DNA of 62,199 nt, filler included. It is 4 parts of 4 records of this genome, joined end to end, with 100 filler letters (N's around TTAATTAATTAA, not from the genome) between each part and the next. Parts side by side here need not be neighbours in the genome. Positions count along the whole stretch, not along the records: positions 30,426 to 54,008 come from SRR31156797_6226; 3 more parts are not named here. One strand, given 5' to 3'. The notes under the pieces are model-generated. The model did no database searches. It had not been told where the DNA came from and worked only from the letters and a program-made list of their open reading frames with translations. The translations under genes and the position numbers were made by a program. Below are positions 35,606-45,494 of this stretch, one piece after another (position 1 is the stretch's first letter; each line of letters starts with the position of its first letter).

Positions 35606-38600
35606 TTATTGCATTCTTGCTATGGCCTTGCGTAATTTTCGGCGATCGCGTTTTACTTTTGATCTGTACCACATGTAATACATGGCCGGTACAACCACAA
35701 GTGTTAAGAATGTGGCGAAAGTTAAACCAAAAATAATGGTCCAGGCTAATGGTCCCCAAAAGGCTGCATTAATGCCTCCAAAGTAAATGTTTGGATCAAG
35801 GTTTTCCAACAATGAAACAAAGTCGATATTCATTCCAATTGCCAATGGCAACAATCCCATAATTGTTGAAGCTGCAGTAAGCAATACTGGTGTTAAACGT
35901 ACCCGACCAGCTTCAATAATTTTTTCGCGTACTTTAGCTTCTTTTGGATTCTCGGCTATTGAAATATCGGCATAATCAATCAAAATAATGGCATTTTTCA
36001 CCACAATACCGGCTACCGCAATAATTCCCATTCCGGTAAGAATGATGGAAATATCAATATTAAAGATGATAAAACCAAGCATTACACCAATGATACTGAA
36101 AAGCACCTGCACAAGAATAATTAATGGCTTTGTGATATTATTAAATTGTGTAACCAAAATGATAAAGATCAATCCAACAGCCATGAATAGTGCAAATCCT
36201 AAGAAAGCCGCATTTTCTTCCTGGTCTTCTTGTTCTCCAGTGAATTTCCATTTATAACCTTCTGGCATTGGATAGTTTGCTAATTCTGCTTTTAATTGCT
36301 GTACAATCTCATTGGCATTATATCCATCCAAAATATTTGAAGATAAGGTAATTACACGATTATTGTCTTTGCGAATTATTCCACCATAGCTTGATTCAAA
36401 TTTTACATCTACCACAGATGAAATTGGAATATTATTTACGCCATTTTGTCCCGGAACCATTAATGTTTGATCCAACAACGCTTGAATATCATTTCTGTAT
36501 TGTTTGTCTAAACGAACCATAATTGGATATTCATCTTCACCTTCGCGGAATTTTGACACTTCACTTCCGTAAATCGCTGTACGCAATGTTGATCCAATAT
36601 ATCCAGTACTTAGACCAAGCTCACGGGCTTTGCGTCTGTTAATATTCACTAATATTTCAGGTTTTGAAACTTCCATATCGCTCTTCAGCTCCTCAATACC
36701 ATCAACTCTCAATGTGTCGACAATGTAGCTTAGCATATTTTCTGATATGGTTACTAACTGATCAATATCTTCCCCAGAGATTTCAAGATTCACAGGCTTA
36801 CCGGTAGGAGGCCCCATGGCTTCTACATCTACAATTATTTCAGCACCGGCAATTCCTTCTAATGCTTCGCGGAATTTATTCACATACACAATGGTATGCG
36901 GACCGGTTCTAAATTCGTATTCAACAAACCCGATGGTTAATTTGGCTAATTTAGCTTGCGTAGTTCTTTCGAATACATCCATACCAGCGTTAGTAGCCAC
37001 GTTGGAAATAACGTAATCTACGTCAGGATTATCTTCTCCCAATACATCCATTACACGGTCTTCAATTACTTTTGTAACAGAATCGGTTACACTTAGGTCA
37101 GTTCCCGAAGGCATTGAAAGATAAACCATTACGCGATCCGGATCTTTACTGTCAGGGAAAAATACAACTTTTGGTCCAAATACTCCGGCTAACCAAAATG
37201 TGAAGAACAATAAAACAACTGTAGAACCAACAATTATAAATGCGCCATTTCCTTTAAGAAGAAAACGCAATGTTTTTTGGTATCCCTTCATCATTTGAGG
37301 AATTACCTTCTTCTGGAACTTCTCAATTAATCCCATTAATACGTATCTGGTTAAAAGGAAAAGTAACACAGCGGCAATAATCAAATTAGCTAAAATTGGC
37401 ACGCCTGCTAAATGGAATAATACTCCTAATGCAGCTCCAACTATCACTAATAAAATATTTTTCCTGTGGTTAACTTTTATTTCTTTGTCGCCTCGGTAAC
37501 GCATAAATGTTACAGCAAATACAGGGTTCATCGTATAAGCAACTAGCATTGATGCGGCCAGGGTTATAATAATTGTAATTGGAATGTACATCATAAACTG
37601 ACCAACAATACCGCCCCAGAATACCAATGGGAAGAATGGAGCCATAGTAGTTAGCGTTCCAGTGAATACCGGAATTGCTACTTCTCCTACTCCTCTTTTT
37701 ACTGCGGGTCCTATAGGGAGGTTTGGTGTAAACATGTAGTGACGATACACATTCTCAACCACCACAATGGAATTATCTACAACAATACCAAGCACTAAAA
37801 TCAGCGCCATCAGGGTTACCATGTTCATGGTAAAGCCAATAATAGGCAAGAATATAAATGCAATGAGCATTGATAAAGGAATAGCTACAGCTACAAATAA
37901 AGCATTGTCAACTCCCATGAAAAACATCAGTACCAATACAACCACAAGGAAACCTAAAATAATGGTATTGAATAGGTTACTTACGTTATTTCTGGTCATT
38001 GTACTTTGATCACCGGTAGCTGTAATTTCAAGGCTTTCAGGGGCTGTTTCTTCAAATTCAGCCAACATTGGCTTAATTTTATCAATAGCTTCGATAAGGT
38101 TTTTTCCAGAACGTTTAATTACATTGAGCGTAATTACGTCTTCCTGGTTCAGCCTTGAGTAATCTTCACGATCTTCGAATCCATCTTTAATATTGGCTAC
38201 ATCTTTAAGGTACACCCCATCACGTAATACAATATTATCAATTTCACTTACATCTTTGAACTCACCTACAATGCGCATGGTACGCTCCATTTTTCCCATT
38301 TCAATTTGTCCGCCTGAAATGGTCATGTTTTCCATGGCTACCGCTTCGCTAATAGTTTGGAAATTCACACCAGCAGCTTGCATTTTATACAAATCCACAT
38401 TGATCTGGATTTCGCGGTTCAATGCACCTACGATATCCACACGTGTGATTTCTTCGAGTCCTTCAATATCATCTTGTAAATCTTCTGCCAGTTCTTTGAT
38501 GCGCACAAGACTCAAGTCGCCTGATAAGTTAATATTCAGGATTGGAAATTCTGAAAGATCAATTTCTGTAACTTCAGGGTCATCCAACAATCCATTTGGA

Positions 38601-38971
38601 AGATCTGGTTTTGCTTTATCAACAGCATCTTTTACTTCCTGACTGGCTTCCTGTTGGTTTACATTGGTTTCAAATTCAACTACAATGAGCGAAACATCCT
38701 GTAGGGATTTACTATTGAGGTTCTTAATTCCACTAATACTTTTCAATTGTTTCTCGATAGGTCGTGAAACAAGGTTTTCCATATCTGAAGGCGATGTTCC
38801 CGGATAAATAGTTGTAACCATAAAATAAGGGAAGGTTACTTCAGGAAACTGCTCTTTGGGTGTGCTTTGGTAAGCCCATATTCCGGAGATAATCATCAGC
38901 ACAGTGAAAAAATACACAGTGATGCGGTTATCAACGGAGAAATTGGTGAGTTTAAAATTTCTATTACTCAT
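35606..38971 (-). CDS. RND efflux permease (AcrB/AcrD/AcrF family)
   Basis: 1121 aa, 12-TM pattern, 'GIVVDNSIVVVEN', 'GIVVKNAIILID' and 'RLTPVLLTA'. Confidence 0.95.
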   Translation of the reverse strand: MSNRNFKLTNFSVDNRITVYFFTVLMIISGIWAYQSTPKEQFPEVTFPYFMVTTIYPGTSPSDMENLVSRPIEKQLKSISGIKNLNSKSLQDVSLIVVEFETNVNQQEASQEVKDAVDKAKPDLPNGLLDDPEVTEIDLSEFPILNINLSGDLSLVRIKELAEDLQDDIEGLEEITRVDIVGALNREIQINVDLYKMQAAGVNFQTISEAVAMENMTISGGQIEMGKMERTMRIVGEFKDVSEIDNIVLRDGVYLKDVANIKDGFEDREDYSRLNQEDVITLNVIKRSGKNLIEAIDKIKPMLAEFEETAPESLEITATGDQSTMTRNNVSNLFNTIILGFLVVVLVLMFFMGVDNALFVAVAIPLSMLIAFIFLPIIGFTMNMVTLMALILVLGIVVDNSIVVVENVYRHYMFTPNLPIGPAVKRGVGEVAIPVFTGTLTTMAPFFPLVFWGGIVGQFMMYIPITIIITLAASMLVAYTMNPVFAVTFMRYRGDKEIKVNHRKNILLVIVGAALGVLFHLAGVPILANLIIAAVLLFLLTRYVLMGLIEKFQKKVIPQMMKGYQKTLRFLLKGNGAFIIVGSTVVLLFFTFWLAGVFGPKVVFFPDSKDPDRVMVYLSMPSGTDLSVTDSVTKVIEDRVMDVLGEDNPDVDYVISNVATNAGMDVFERTTQAKLAKLTIGFVEYEFRTGPHTIVYVNKFREALEGIAGAEIIVDVEAMGPPTGKPVNLEISGEDIDQLVTISENMLSYIVDTLRVDGIEELKSDMEVSKPEILVNINRRKARELGLSTGYIGSTLRTAIYGSEVSKFREGEDEYPIMVRLDKQYRNDIQALLDQTLMVPGQNGVNNIPISSVVDVKFESSYGGIIRKDNNRVITLSSNILDGYNANEIVQQLKAELANYPMPEGYKWKFTGEQEDQEENAAFLGFALFMAVGLIFIILVTQFNNITKPLIILVQVLFSIIGVMLGFIIFNIDISIILTGMGIIAVAGIVVKNAIILIDYADISIAENPKEAKVREKIIEAGRVRLTPVLLTAASTIMGLLPLAIGMNIDFVSLLENLDPNIYFGGINAAFWGPLAWTIIFGLTFATFLTLVVVPAMYYMWYRSKVKRDRRKLRKAIARMQ

Positions 38972-38991
38972 AATGGTTCAATTAAGGGTTT

Positions 38992-40104
38992 TTACTGAAG
39001 GGTTACTTTCTGACCATTCGACACATTTTGATATCCAGCAGTAACCAATTGGTCGCCAGCGTTTAATCCCTGTAGGATTTCTACTTTTCCATTATAGGAT
39101 TTTCCTGTCAACACATCACGTTTTACTGTAATGGTATTTCCATCTTTTTCCTGAATGATAAATAAGAAACTACCTTTATTATCAGTTTGTACAATATTTT
39201 GAGGCACTACAATGGCATCTTTAATTGTATAATCATTTACAGTAACCACAGCCAACATGTTAGGAGATAGCTTAATGTTTGCAGGTGGACGAATATCAAT
39301 TCCAAAAGTTCTGTTTGCAGCATCAATTGCTTTAGCAACCGCAAAAATTGGTTTTTCGAAGTCTACATTTTGATTTGGAATCTCAACTTTAGCAATGTCT
39401 CCTTTATTAACTTCGCCATAATACTTTTCAGAAAGGTTAGCCTTTATTTTAAGGTTTCCTGTTCCAACAATTCTAATTCCTGATACTCCGGCTGCTGCCA
39501 TTTCACCTTCTTTCATTTTAATCTCGTCGACTAATCCGCTTAACGGGGCATAGATTTTAGTTTTTGATAGTTGAACTTTAAGGGCATCAATATTTTGCTC
39601 TAAAGCTTCTTTGTTGGTTTTTGATGTTAAATATTCAATCTCTGAACCTATTTCCTTTTCCCATAAACGTTTTTGACGTTCGTAAACGGTAGTGGCTAGC
39701 TCAAGTTGTGTTTCCAGAGGAGCCAACTGACTTTTAATCATAGCATCATCAATGGTGGCTAAAAGCTGTCCTTTGCTCACGCTTTGGCCTTCTTTAACTT
39801 TGATTGATGTAACAACACCAGGCATTTCTGCAGGTACCATTACATTATTATCACTTACAACGGTTCCTTTTACATCTATAAAGTGCTGAAAGGTTTCAGG
39901 TTGAATTTGAACAACCTCCACATAGGTTTTATTTTCGTGTACAACTTTCTCACCTGAATCGTTCAATTCTTTTTCGAGTTGAGCAATTTGAGCATTAATT
40001 TGGTCTCTCTCAGCCTTAAGCTGTTTTAGCTGAGCAGTTTTATCTGTAGAGCATGCAGCTACTACAAATACAGATAATGTTAATATGGCTAATATGTTTT
40101 TCAT
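38992..40104 (-). CDS. RND periplasmic adaptor (membrane fusion protein), lipoprotein
   Basis: Lipobox AAC, lipoyl half-motifs 'GVVTSIKVKEGQSVSKGQLL' and 'IYAPLSGLV', and 'VEILQGLNAGDQLV'. Confidence 0.9.
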   Translation of the reverse strand: MKNILAILTLSVFVVAACSTDKTAQLKQLKAERDQINAQIAQLEKELNDSGEKVVHENKTYVEVVQIQPETFQHFIDVKGTVVSDNNVMVPAEMPGVVTSIKVKEGQSVSKGQLLATIDDAMIKSQLAPLETQLELATTVYERQKRLWEKEIGSEIEYLTSKTNKEALEQNIDALKVQLSKTKIYAPLSGLVDEIKMKEGEMAAAGVSGIRIVGTGNLKIKANLSEKYYGEVNKGDIAKVEIPNQNVDFEKPIFAVAKAIDAANRTFGIDIRPPANIKLSPNMLAVVTVNDYTIKDAIVVPQNIVQTDNKGSFLFIIQEKDGNTITVKRDVLTGKSYNGKVEILQGLNAGDQLVTAGYQNVSNGQKVTLQ

Positions 40105-40134
40105 CTTAATAAATTTTCAAGGTTATATTTTGGG

Positions 40135-41571
40135 TTAATTGTTTATTGGTTCATATTGGTGCAAGAGTTTGTCTAGAGCTGATTTCGCTGAAATTAAAGC
40201 CATTGTTGATTGAAAATAAGCACTTTGAGCCTGAAGATATTGACCCTGTGCCTGGGATAAATCAAAACTAGTTGAAACACCTTCTTTATATTTCATTTCA
40301 GTTTTTTCATAAATCTTTTTGGCCAGTTCCATATTACTTTTGTTATTTTCATATGTATTGCGAGCTGTAAAATAAGTAGCTAAGGTATTATTATGCTGAA
40401 TTTTCAATCCGTTGGTAGCATTGGCCTTATCTAAACGGGTTTGCTCCAAAGCAATTTCTTTTTGCCTCAAAACAGATACTCGGCTCCAGCTTGTGAAAAT
40501 TGGAATTGTAACATTTACACCAACAACATCAGGTGGTTGAAGAATAAAAGCATTTTCGTTAAAACTTTCCTGGTGGTTATAATAGGCTGCTATAGTTGGT
40601 AAAAATTCTGATTTTGAGCGCTTAACGTCCAGTTCACCCAATTTTTCCTGTGTTTCAAGTAGTTGATATTGAATATTTTGTGTTACATCGAACTCTAAAC
40701 CTTTAGCATCAGTTACATTATTGGTCAACATCACTGTATTTAAGTCATCTTCCAATTTGATAGGACTTTCCAAATCCATTCCCATTGAAAGCTTAAGCAT
40801 CTCTTTAGCAATTTTTGATTGCAACTCAAGATTTTTCAGGTTTGTTTCAATGGTGGCAGCTGTCAATTTTAACTGATCTACATCGGTATTTTCAACAAAG
40901 CCTTCTTCCAATAGAGCCCCCATCTCTTTAATGCTGTTGTTTGTAGATGTTAAAATATCCTGTAGTACTTTTTTGCTTTCCTCAGCAATTAGCACACCTG
41001 CGTAAGCGTTGGTTACTGTTTCTCTTAAATCAATTACAGATTGTTGTTCCATAAACTTAGAAAGATTTTGGTAAGTTTTGGATGCTTGCAATCCTACAAT
41101 GTATGATCCACTGAAGATCAATTGTGATACTGAAATGTCCAGAGTAGCTCCCCAACGGATATCATCAGTTGATACTGTTTCTGTACCAAACCCCTCAATT
41201 ATACTGTTCATTTCATCTTCACTTATTAAGCCAATTCCATCGTATTCTGGAGGTCCTAGACTATAAAAAATGGGCGCATAAATTGCACTTAAGTTTGAAA
41301 ATTGCTCTAGAGTTTCTGGTACTACCAACATATAATTGGCATCAAATGTGGCATTTACCTGCGGTAATCCAATGGCAGTGGTTTCCCATACTTTCTTTTT
41401 AGCTTTAATTACCTCAAGCTCTGCTTTTTGCACATCGTAATTATGCTCCATGGCATAGTCAATGGCGGTTTGTAATGTGAACACACTGTCTGTTGGTTGC
41501 TGGGTTGCTTCTTGTGCCCAACTAGCCACTGCAAACAGTGCGAACATGTGTAATACGATTAATTTTCTCAT
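40135..41571 (-). CDS. TolC family outer membrane efflux protein
   Basis: Signal peptide from MRKLIV (ATG 41571), 'TLQTAIDYAMEHN', duplicated OEP motifs, and 'YKEGVSTSFDL'. Confidence 0.9.
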   Translation of the reverse strand: MRKLIVLHMFALFAVASWAQEATQQPTDSVFTLQTAIDYAMEHNYDVQKAELEVIKAKKKVWETTAIGLPQVNATFDANYMLVVPETLEQFSNLSAIYAPIFYSLGPPEYDGIGLISEDEMNSIIEGFGTETVSTDDIRWGATLDISVSQLIFSGSYIVGLQASKTYQNLSKFMEQQSVIDLRETVTNAYAGVLIAEESKKVLQDILTSTNNSIKEMGALLEEGFVENTDVDQLKLTAATIETNLKNLELQSKIAKEMLKLSMGMDLESPIKLEDDLNTVMLTNNVTDAKGLEFDVTQNIQYQLLETQEKLGELDVKRSKSEFLPTIAAYYNHQESFNENAFILQPPDVVGVNVTIPIFTSWSRVSVLRQKEIALEQTRLDKANATNGLKIQHNNTLATYFTARNTYENNKSNMELAKKIYEKTEMKYKEGVSTSFDLSQAQGQYLQAQSAYFQSTMALISAKSALDKLLHQYEPINN

Positions 41572-41581
41572 GGTTTTATGG

Positions 41582-42196
41582 TTATAATTGATAATCTTTT
41601 CTTCGTTTTTCAAAATATGCGATTCCTTTTTCGTTGCTTATTCCTCTGATGTGATTTTCAAACATGGTTTCAAAAATCAGTTCAAATGATATGTCTTTAT
41701 CAGAATAATACTCCTGATCATGCAAATCCTCTATTTTGTTAACGTAGAGTGTAGCCACAATTTCCGGATTTATCTCTTTGCGAAATAAGCCTTGCTCTAT
41801 TCCATATTCAAGATTTTTAAAAACAGCTTCATAAGCACACTTCTGAGATTTTTCCATATGTTTTTTGAAAATTTCCGGGTAGAATTTTTTAAGGTCGAAT
41901 GTGACTGAAGGTGAAAACAGTTTAATTTGTTCACTAATAAAAACGCTCACATCTAATAATGCATCAATGGCATTCACCTCTGGTCTTCCTTTTTCTTCAA
42001 AGAATGCTAATTCATTTTCAAAAGTAAAATCCAGTATCTTCTCCACAAGCTCATTCTTGTTTTTGACATGCTGATAAAGTGTTTTTTTGGAGATACCCAT
42101 TTCACGTGAAATATCATCCATCGAAACACTGCGCACGCCAAACTGCCGAAAGAGTTCTGCTGATTTGTAAATGATTTCTTCGAGTTTTTTATCCAT
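41582..42196 (-). CDS. TetR/AcrR family transcriptional regulator
   Basis: 'ELFRQFGVRSVSMDDISREMGISKKTLYQHVKNKNEL' HTH. It heads the efflux operon. Confidence 0.95.
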   Translation of the reverse strand: MDKKLEEIIYKSAELFRQFGVRSVSMDDISREMGISKKTLYQHVKNKNELVEKILDFTFENELAFFEEKGRPEVNAIDALLDVSVFISEQIKLFSPSVTFDLKKFYPEIFKKHMEKSQKCAYEAVFKNLEYGIEQGLFRKEINPEIVATLYVNKIEDLHDQEYYSDKDISFELIFETMFENHIRGISNEKGIAYFEKRRKDYQL

Positions 42197-42210
42197 ATTT
42201 TTAGATATTT

Positions 42211-42240
42211 TGGAAACGTTTTACACAATAAACGTTTCCA
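42211..42240. promoter_or_regulatory. Palindromic operator, probable TetR binding site
   Basis: TGGAAACGTTT-N8-AAACGTTTCCA, a perfect 11-bp inverted repeat 14 nt upstream of the TetR start. An extra half-site AAATGTTTCCA lies at about 42248. Confidence 0.65.
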
Positions 42241-42418
42241 GTGAATAAAATGTTTCCAAATTTCAGGCCAAAGTCAGATTTTCATCATAAATAAATTGTG
42301 AAGGAAAGGTTAACGATTGGTATTCTAGGAGTTTCTGTGTAAGAAAAAACAATTGGTATAACCACGTCGGTTTCTTTAAAGCCAAAAATGTCCTTATTTT
42401 TGTCTCAGACAATTCACT

Positions 42419-43042
42419 ATGACAAAAGAATCTATTCAGTTAAAAAGTTACCACACACTCAACACGATCGAGGCAGGCTGTGATGAAGCCGGCCGTGGTT
42501 GTTTGGCCGGACCGGTGGTGGCTGCAGCAGTAATTTTGCCAGCTGATTTTACACATGACCAATTGACAGACTCTAAAAAACTGACAGATGTGCAGCGCCG
42601 TAAACTACGTCCTTTTGTGGAAGAAAATGCTTTAGCCTGGGCCGTCGGAATAGTTTCAAATGAAGAAATAGATGAAATCAATATCCTAAACGCATCTTTT
42701 CTGGCTATGCACCGTGCCTTAGATCAAATCAAGCAAGCGCCTGAGCACATTATAGTGGATGGCAATCGCTTTAAACCTTACAAAGAAATTCCCTATGATT
42801 GTATTATAAAAGGTGATGGAAAATATTTGTCTATTGCCGCAGCTTCAATTCTGGCTAAAACATACCGTGACGATATCATGATTGAGCTTCACGAAAAATA
42901 TCCCGTTTACGATTGGCACAAGAACATGGGATACCCCACTCAAAAACACCGAGACGCTATTCAAGTTCATGGTATTACCCCGTTACACCGAAGATCTTTC
43001 AACCTTATTGACCGGCAACAAAAGATTGAGTTTCCTGAATAA
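42419..43042 (+). CDS. rnhB: Ribonuclease HII
   Basis: [37 protein letters not shown] and GYPT..H. Confidence 0.97.
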   Translation: MTKESIQLKSYHTLNTIEAGCDEAGRGCLAGPVVAAAVILPADFTHDQLTDSKKLTDVQRRKLRPFVEENALAWAVGIVSNEEIDEINILNASFLAMHRALDQIKQAPEHIIVDGNRFKPYKEIPYDCIIKGDGKYLSIAAASILAKTYRDDIMIELHEKYPVYDWHKNMGYPTQKHRDAIQVHGITPLHRRSFNLIDRQQKIEFPE

Positions 43043-43056
43043 CTTTTGGATTTTGA

Positions 43057-43614
43057 TTATTGGAATTTGTTATTTGATAAAATTACCATATCTAGCTTAA
43101 AATCATGTGCTTCCGTTGGTACCGTATCCACAATTTGCTCATCGAAGCAAACACCAATTAGTTTGGCTGACAATTCATGCTTGGCTAAGAATCGGTCATA
43201 AAAACCTTTACCTCTTCCAAGTCTGTTACAACTTGAATCAAAAGCTACTCCCGGAATAATAATTAAATCAGGATTTGGATTCTGAACAGTTTTTCCGGTT
43301 GGTTCAGGTATTTTGAACCGTGGATCAGGTTTCATATTTTCAAGCCCGGTGAAAGGTTTAATAATTAAATCGTTACCATCAATAACGGGAAGCAATATAT
43401 GTTTTTTTACAGACCAGCGTTCGATGCATGCGTGTGTTGGAATTTCATCTGGGAGTGACCAATAATGCATGATTCTATGCGCCTTTTTAAACTCCGGAAG
43501 TTCCTCAATTTTGCTAAAAACAGCATCGGCTTGTTGCTGCTTTTCATTTGTTGACAGTAATTTAATATGTGCTCTAACCTTTTTGCGAACTTCTTTTTTC
43601 TTTTCTTGCATCAT
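43057..43614 (-). CDS. 5-formyltetrahydrofolate cyclo-ligase
   Basis: 'IPEP', 'DLIIIPGVAFD...RLGRGKGFYDRFL' and 'EAHD'. Confidence 0.95.
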   Translation of the reverse strand: MMQEKKKEVRKKVRAHIKLLSTNEKQQQADAVFSKIEELPEFKKAHRIMHYWSLPDEIPTHACIERWSVKKHILLPVIDGNDLIIKPFTGLENMKPDPRFKIPEPTGKTVQNPNPDLIIIPGVAFDSSCNRLGRGKGFYDRFLAKHELSAKLIGVCFDEQIVDTVPTEAHDFKLDMVILSNNKFQ

Positions 43615-44636
43615 GGGTTATAACCGGATTGAAGTAATATTTTTTGATAGTCGTCATTGGCCATAAGTTCCGGTATGGTGACTTCATGGTTTTTTTTCAT
43701 ATATGAGCGAACTATTTGCCAACCAATCCATTGGCCAACTCTACCGGGACTTTGTTGTCCAAAGGGACCTGTAAAAGGAGCGTCAGAAATAAAACGGCGC
43801 ACCATCATTTCATCGTTGTCAAACAGTATTTTTTTGTCCATCATGTAAAGCCAAACATCATCTTCTGATTTTTTACACCAGGTTATATTTTCATTTGTGA
43901 AGGCTATTTTTGCACTGTCCGGCTCATTAGGGTAGAGTGCATCCATTAAATATAGAATTTTACCATGATAAACCATATTTGAGATAAGGTTGTCAATGCT
44001 ATCGTTAAAAGGAATTTCTGAAGTAACCCAGCCTTTTACGGCTTCAAATGGCATTATTTCAGGGCTCATTCTTTTACGCAAGTATTTTGAAATTTGTAAT
44101 TGATCATAAAAACGTACATCTGAACCTAAAAATTTGTCAACGCCCACACCTAAAATCCCATCTGCAACCACAATACTTTGATTGAATCCAGTCATCATCA
44201 GATAAATATCAGGCACTTGTTTTTCAGGATAATAATATTTATATCGCTTAAATGCAGCATTGATTTTTTGATGGTAGGGGGCGAAATCTGAGAATGCATT
44301 TTGGCTTTCCTGGTATGCTGATCGAATATCATAGTCTGATAAAAATAATGTAAAAAGGTCATAAAAGTCTTTGCTATAGGGTGATCCAACTTTTATAATT
44401 TTGTAGAAATATAAGTCGCTGAATTCAGGGTATTTGCTTACTATTTTGGTAATATTTTTGGCAACGGTATCAGGATGTTCAGTAAATAACAGGCTGTCAA
44501 ATCGATTAACCTCAATGTTCACTGTAATATTATCTGTGTCAACATCGAAACGTGAACTGCTGCAAGAATTGAAAATGATGCCTATTACTATGAAAAGAGA
44601 AGCAATTGAGACTTTAAAGAAGTTTTTTATCTTCAT
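43611..44636 (-). CDS. gldB: Gliding motility lipoprotein GldB
   Basis: Lipoprotein signal (NSC), 'RFD', 'DKFLG', 'MVYHGKILY' and 'APFT...SPGRVGQWIGWQIVRSYM'. Confidence 0.85.
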   Translation of the reverse strand: MKIKNFFKVSIASLFIVIGIIFNSCSSSRFDVDTDNITVNIEVNRFDSLLFTEHPDTVAKNITKIVSKYPEFSDLYFYKIIKVGSPYSKDFYDLFTLFLSDYDIRSAYQESQNAFSDFAPYHQKINAAFKRYKYYYPEKQVPDIYLMMTGFNQSIVVADGILGVGVDKFLGSDVRFYDQLQISKYLRKRMSPEIMPFEAVKGWVTSEIPFNDSIDNLISNMVYHGKILYLMDALYPNEPDSAKIAFTNENITWCKKSEDDVWLYMMDKKILFDNDEMMVRRFISDAPFTGPFGQQSPGRVGQWIGWQIVRSYMKKNHEVTIPELMANDDYQKILLQSGYNP

Positions 44637-44776
44637 TTTGAATAAATTTTATACAAAAAAACAAAAAATATCGTTCACCCACTATGATTATCTTTTTTTA
44701 ATGAAAATATGGAATTTTCATCAGTTATGTGTTATTTTACATATAGACAACAAACTTTAACCTTATTCATAAAAAT

Positions 44777-45445
44777 ATGAAATACCTGGTAACCCTTATT
44801 ATGATCATGTTTGCTATAAGTCTTTATAGCCAGAAACAAAAAAAATATTCTTTTGGATTCGAAGTTGTGCCAAACGTGAACTGGGCTGTTAGTAACACTA
44901 AGCGAGTTGAAAACAATGGTGCCCAAATGGGTATTAAATATGGATTACGTGGCGATCAATTCTTTGGGAAAAACTATGCTATCACTTCTGGTTTAATGAT
45001 TTCTCATTCTGCCATTGATTTACATTACAACAATTCCATTGAATTAAACACTGTAGACAGCACATATACTTTAAATGACTCCGATGTAAAATACAACTTT
45101 CAACATTTTGAAATTCCTATTGGAATGAAGTTCCAATCAAACGAAATAGGATATTTTCGTGTGCTTATTGAGGGTGGATTTATAAATGGAATTCAGATTA
45201 GAAGTAAGGTTTCAAGCGATGAACCTGAAATTGATAAAGAAGAACTGGAAGAAGGTGTTAGTCTATACTCGTTATCATACTATTTTGAAGGAGGTATAAC
45301 ATACTCTCTGGGAGCTCAAGTTTCACTGAAAGGGACAGTATATTTCAGTAGCGGAATACTGGATATGACTCCCGATAAATATACTTCGGAAGCCGATAGA
45401 ATTACACAGAATAGTGTTGGTATGAAAATTGGATTGGTTTTTTAA
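44777..45445 (+). CDS. Outer membrane beta-barrel protein (PorT/OMP_b-brl_2-like)
   Basis: Signal peptide, alternating amphipathic strands, 'FEIPIGMKF' and a terminal Phe. Confidence 0.75.
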   Translation: MKYLVTLIMIMFAISLYSQKQKKYSFGFEVVPNVNWAVSNTKRVENNGAQMGIKYGLRGDQFFGKNYAITSGLMISHSAIDLHYNNSIELNTVDSTYTLNDSDVKYNFQHFEIPIGMKFQSNEIGYFRVLIEGGFINGIQIRSKVSSDEPEIDKEELEEGVSLYSLSYYFEGGITYSLGAQVSLKGTVYFSSGILDMTPDKYTSEADRITQNSVGMKIGLVF

Positions 45446-45494
45446 CCTAAGCCATACCCAATATCAGAAAATATAAATTTCAAAATTTCTTTAG

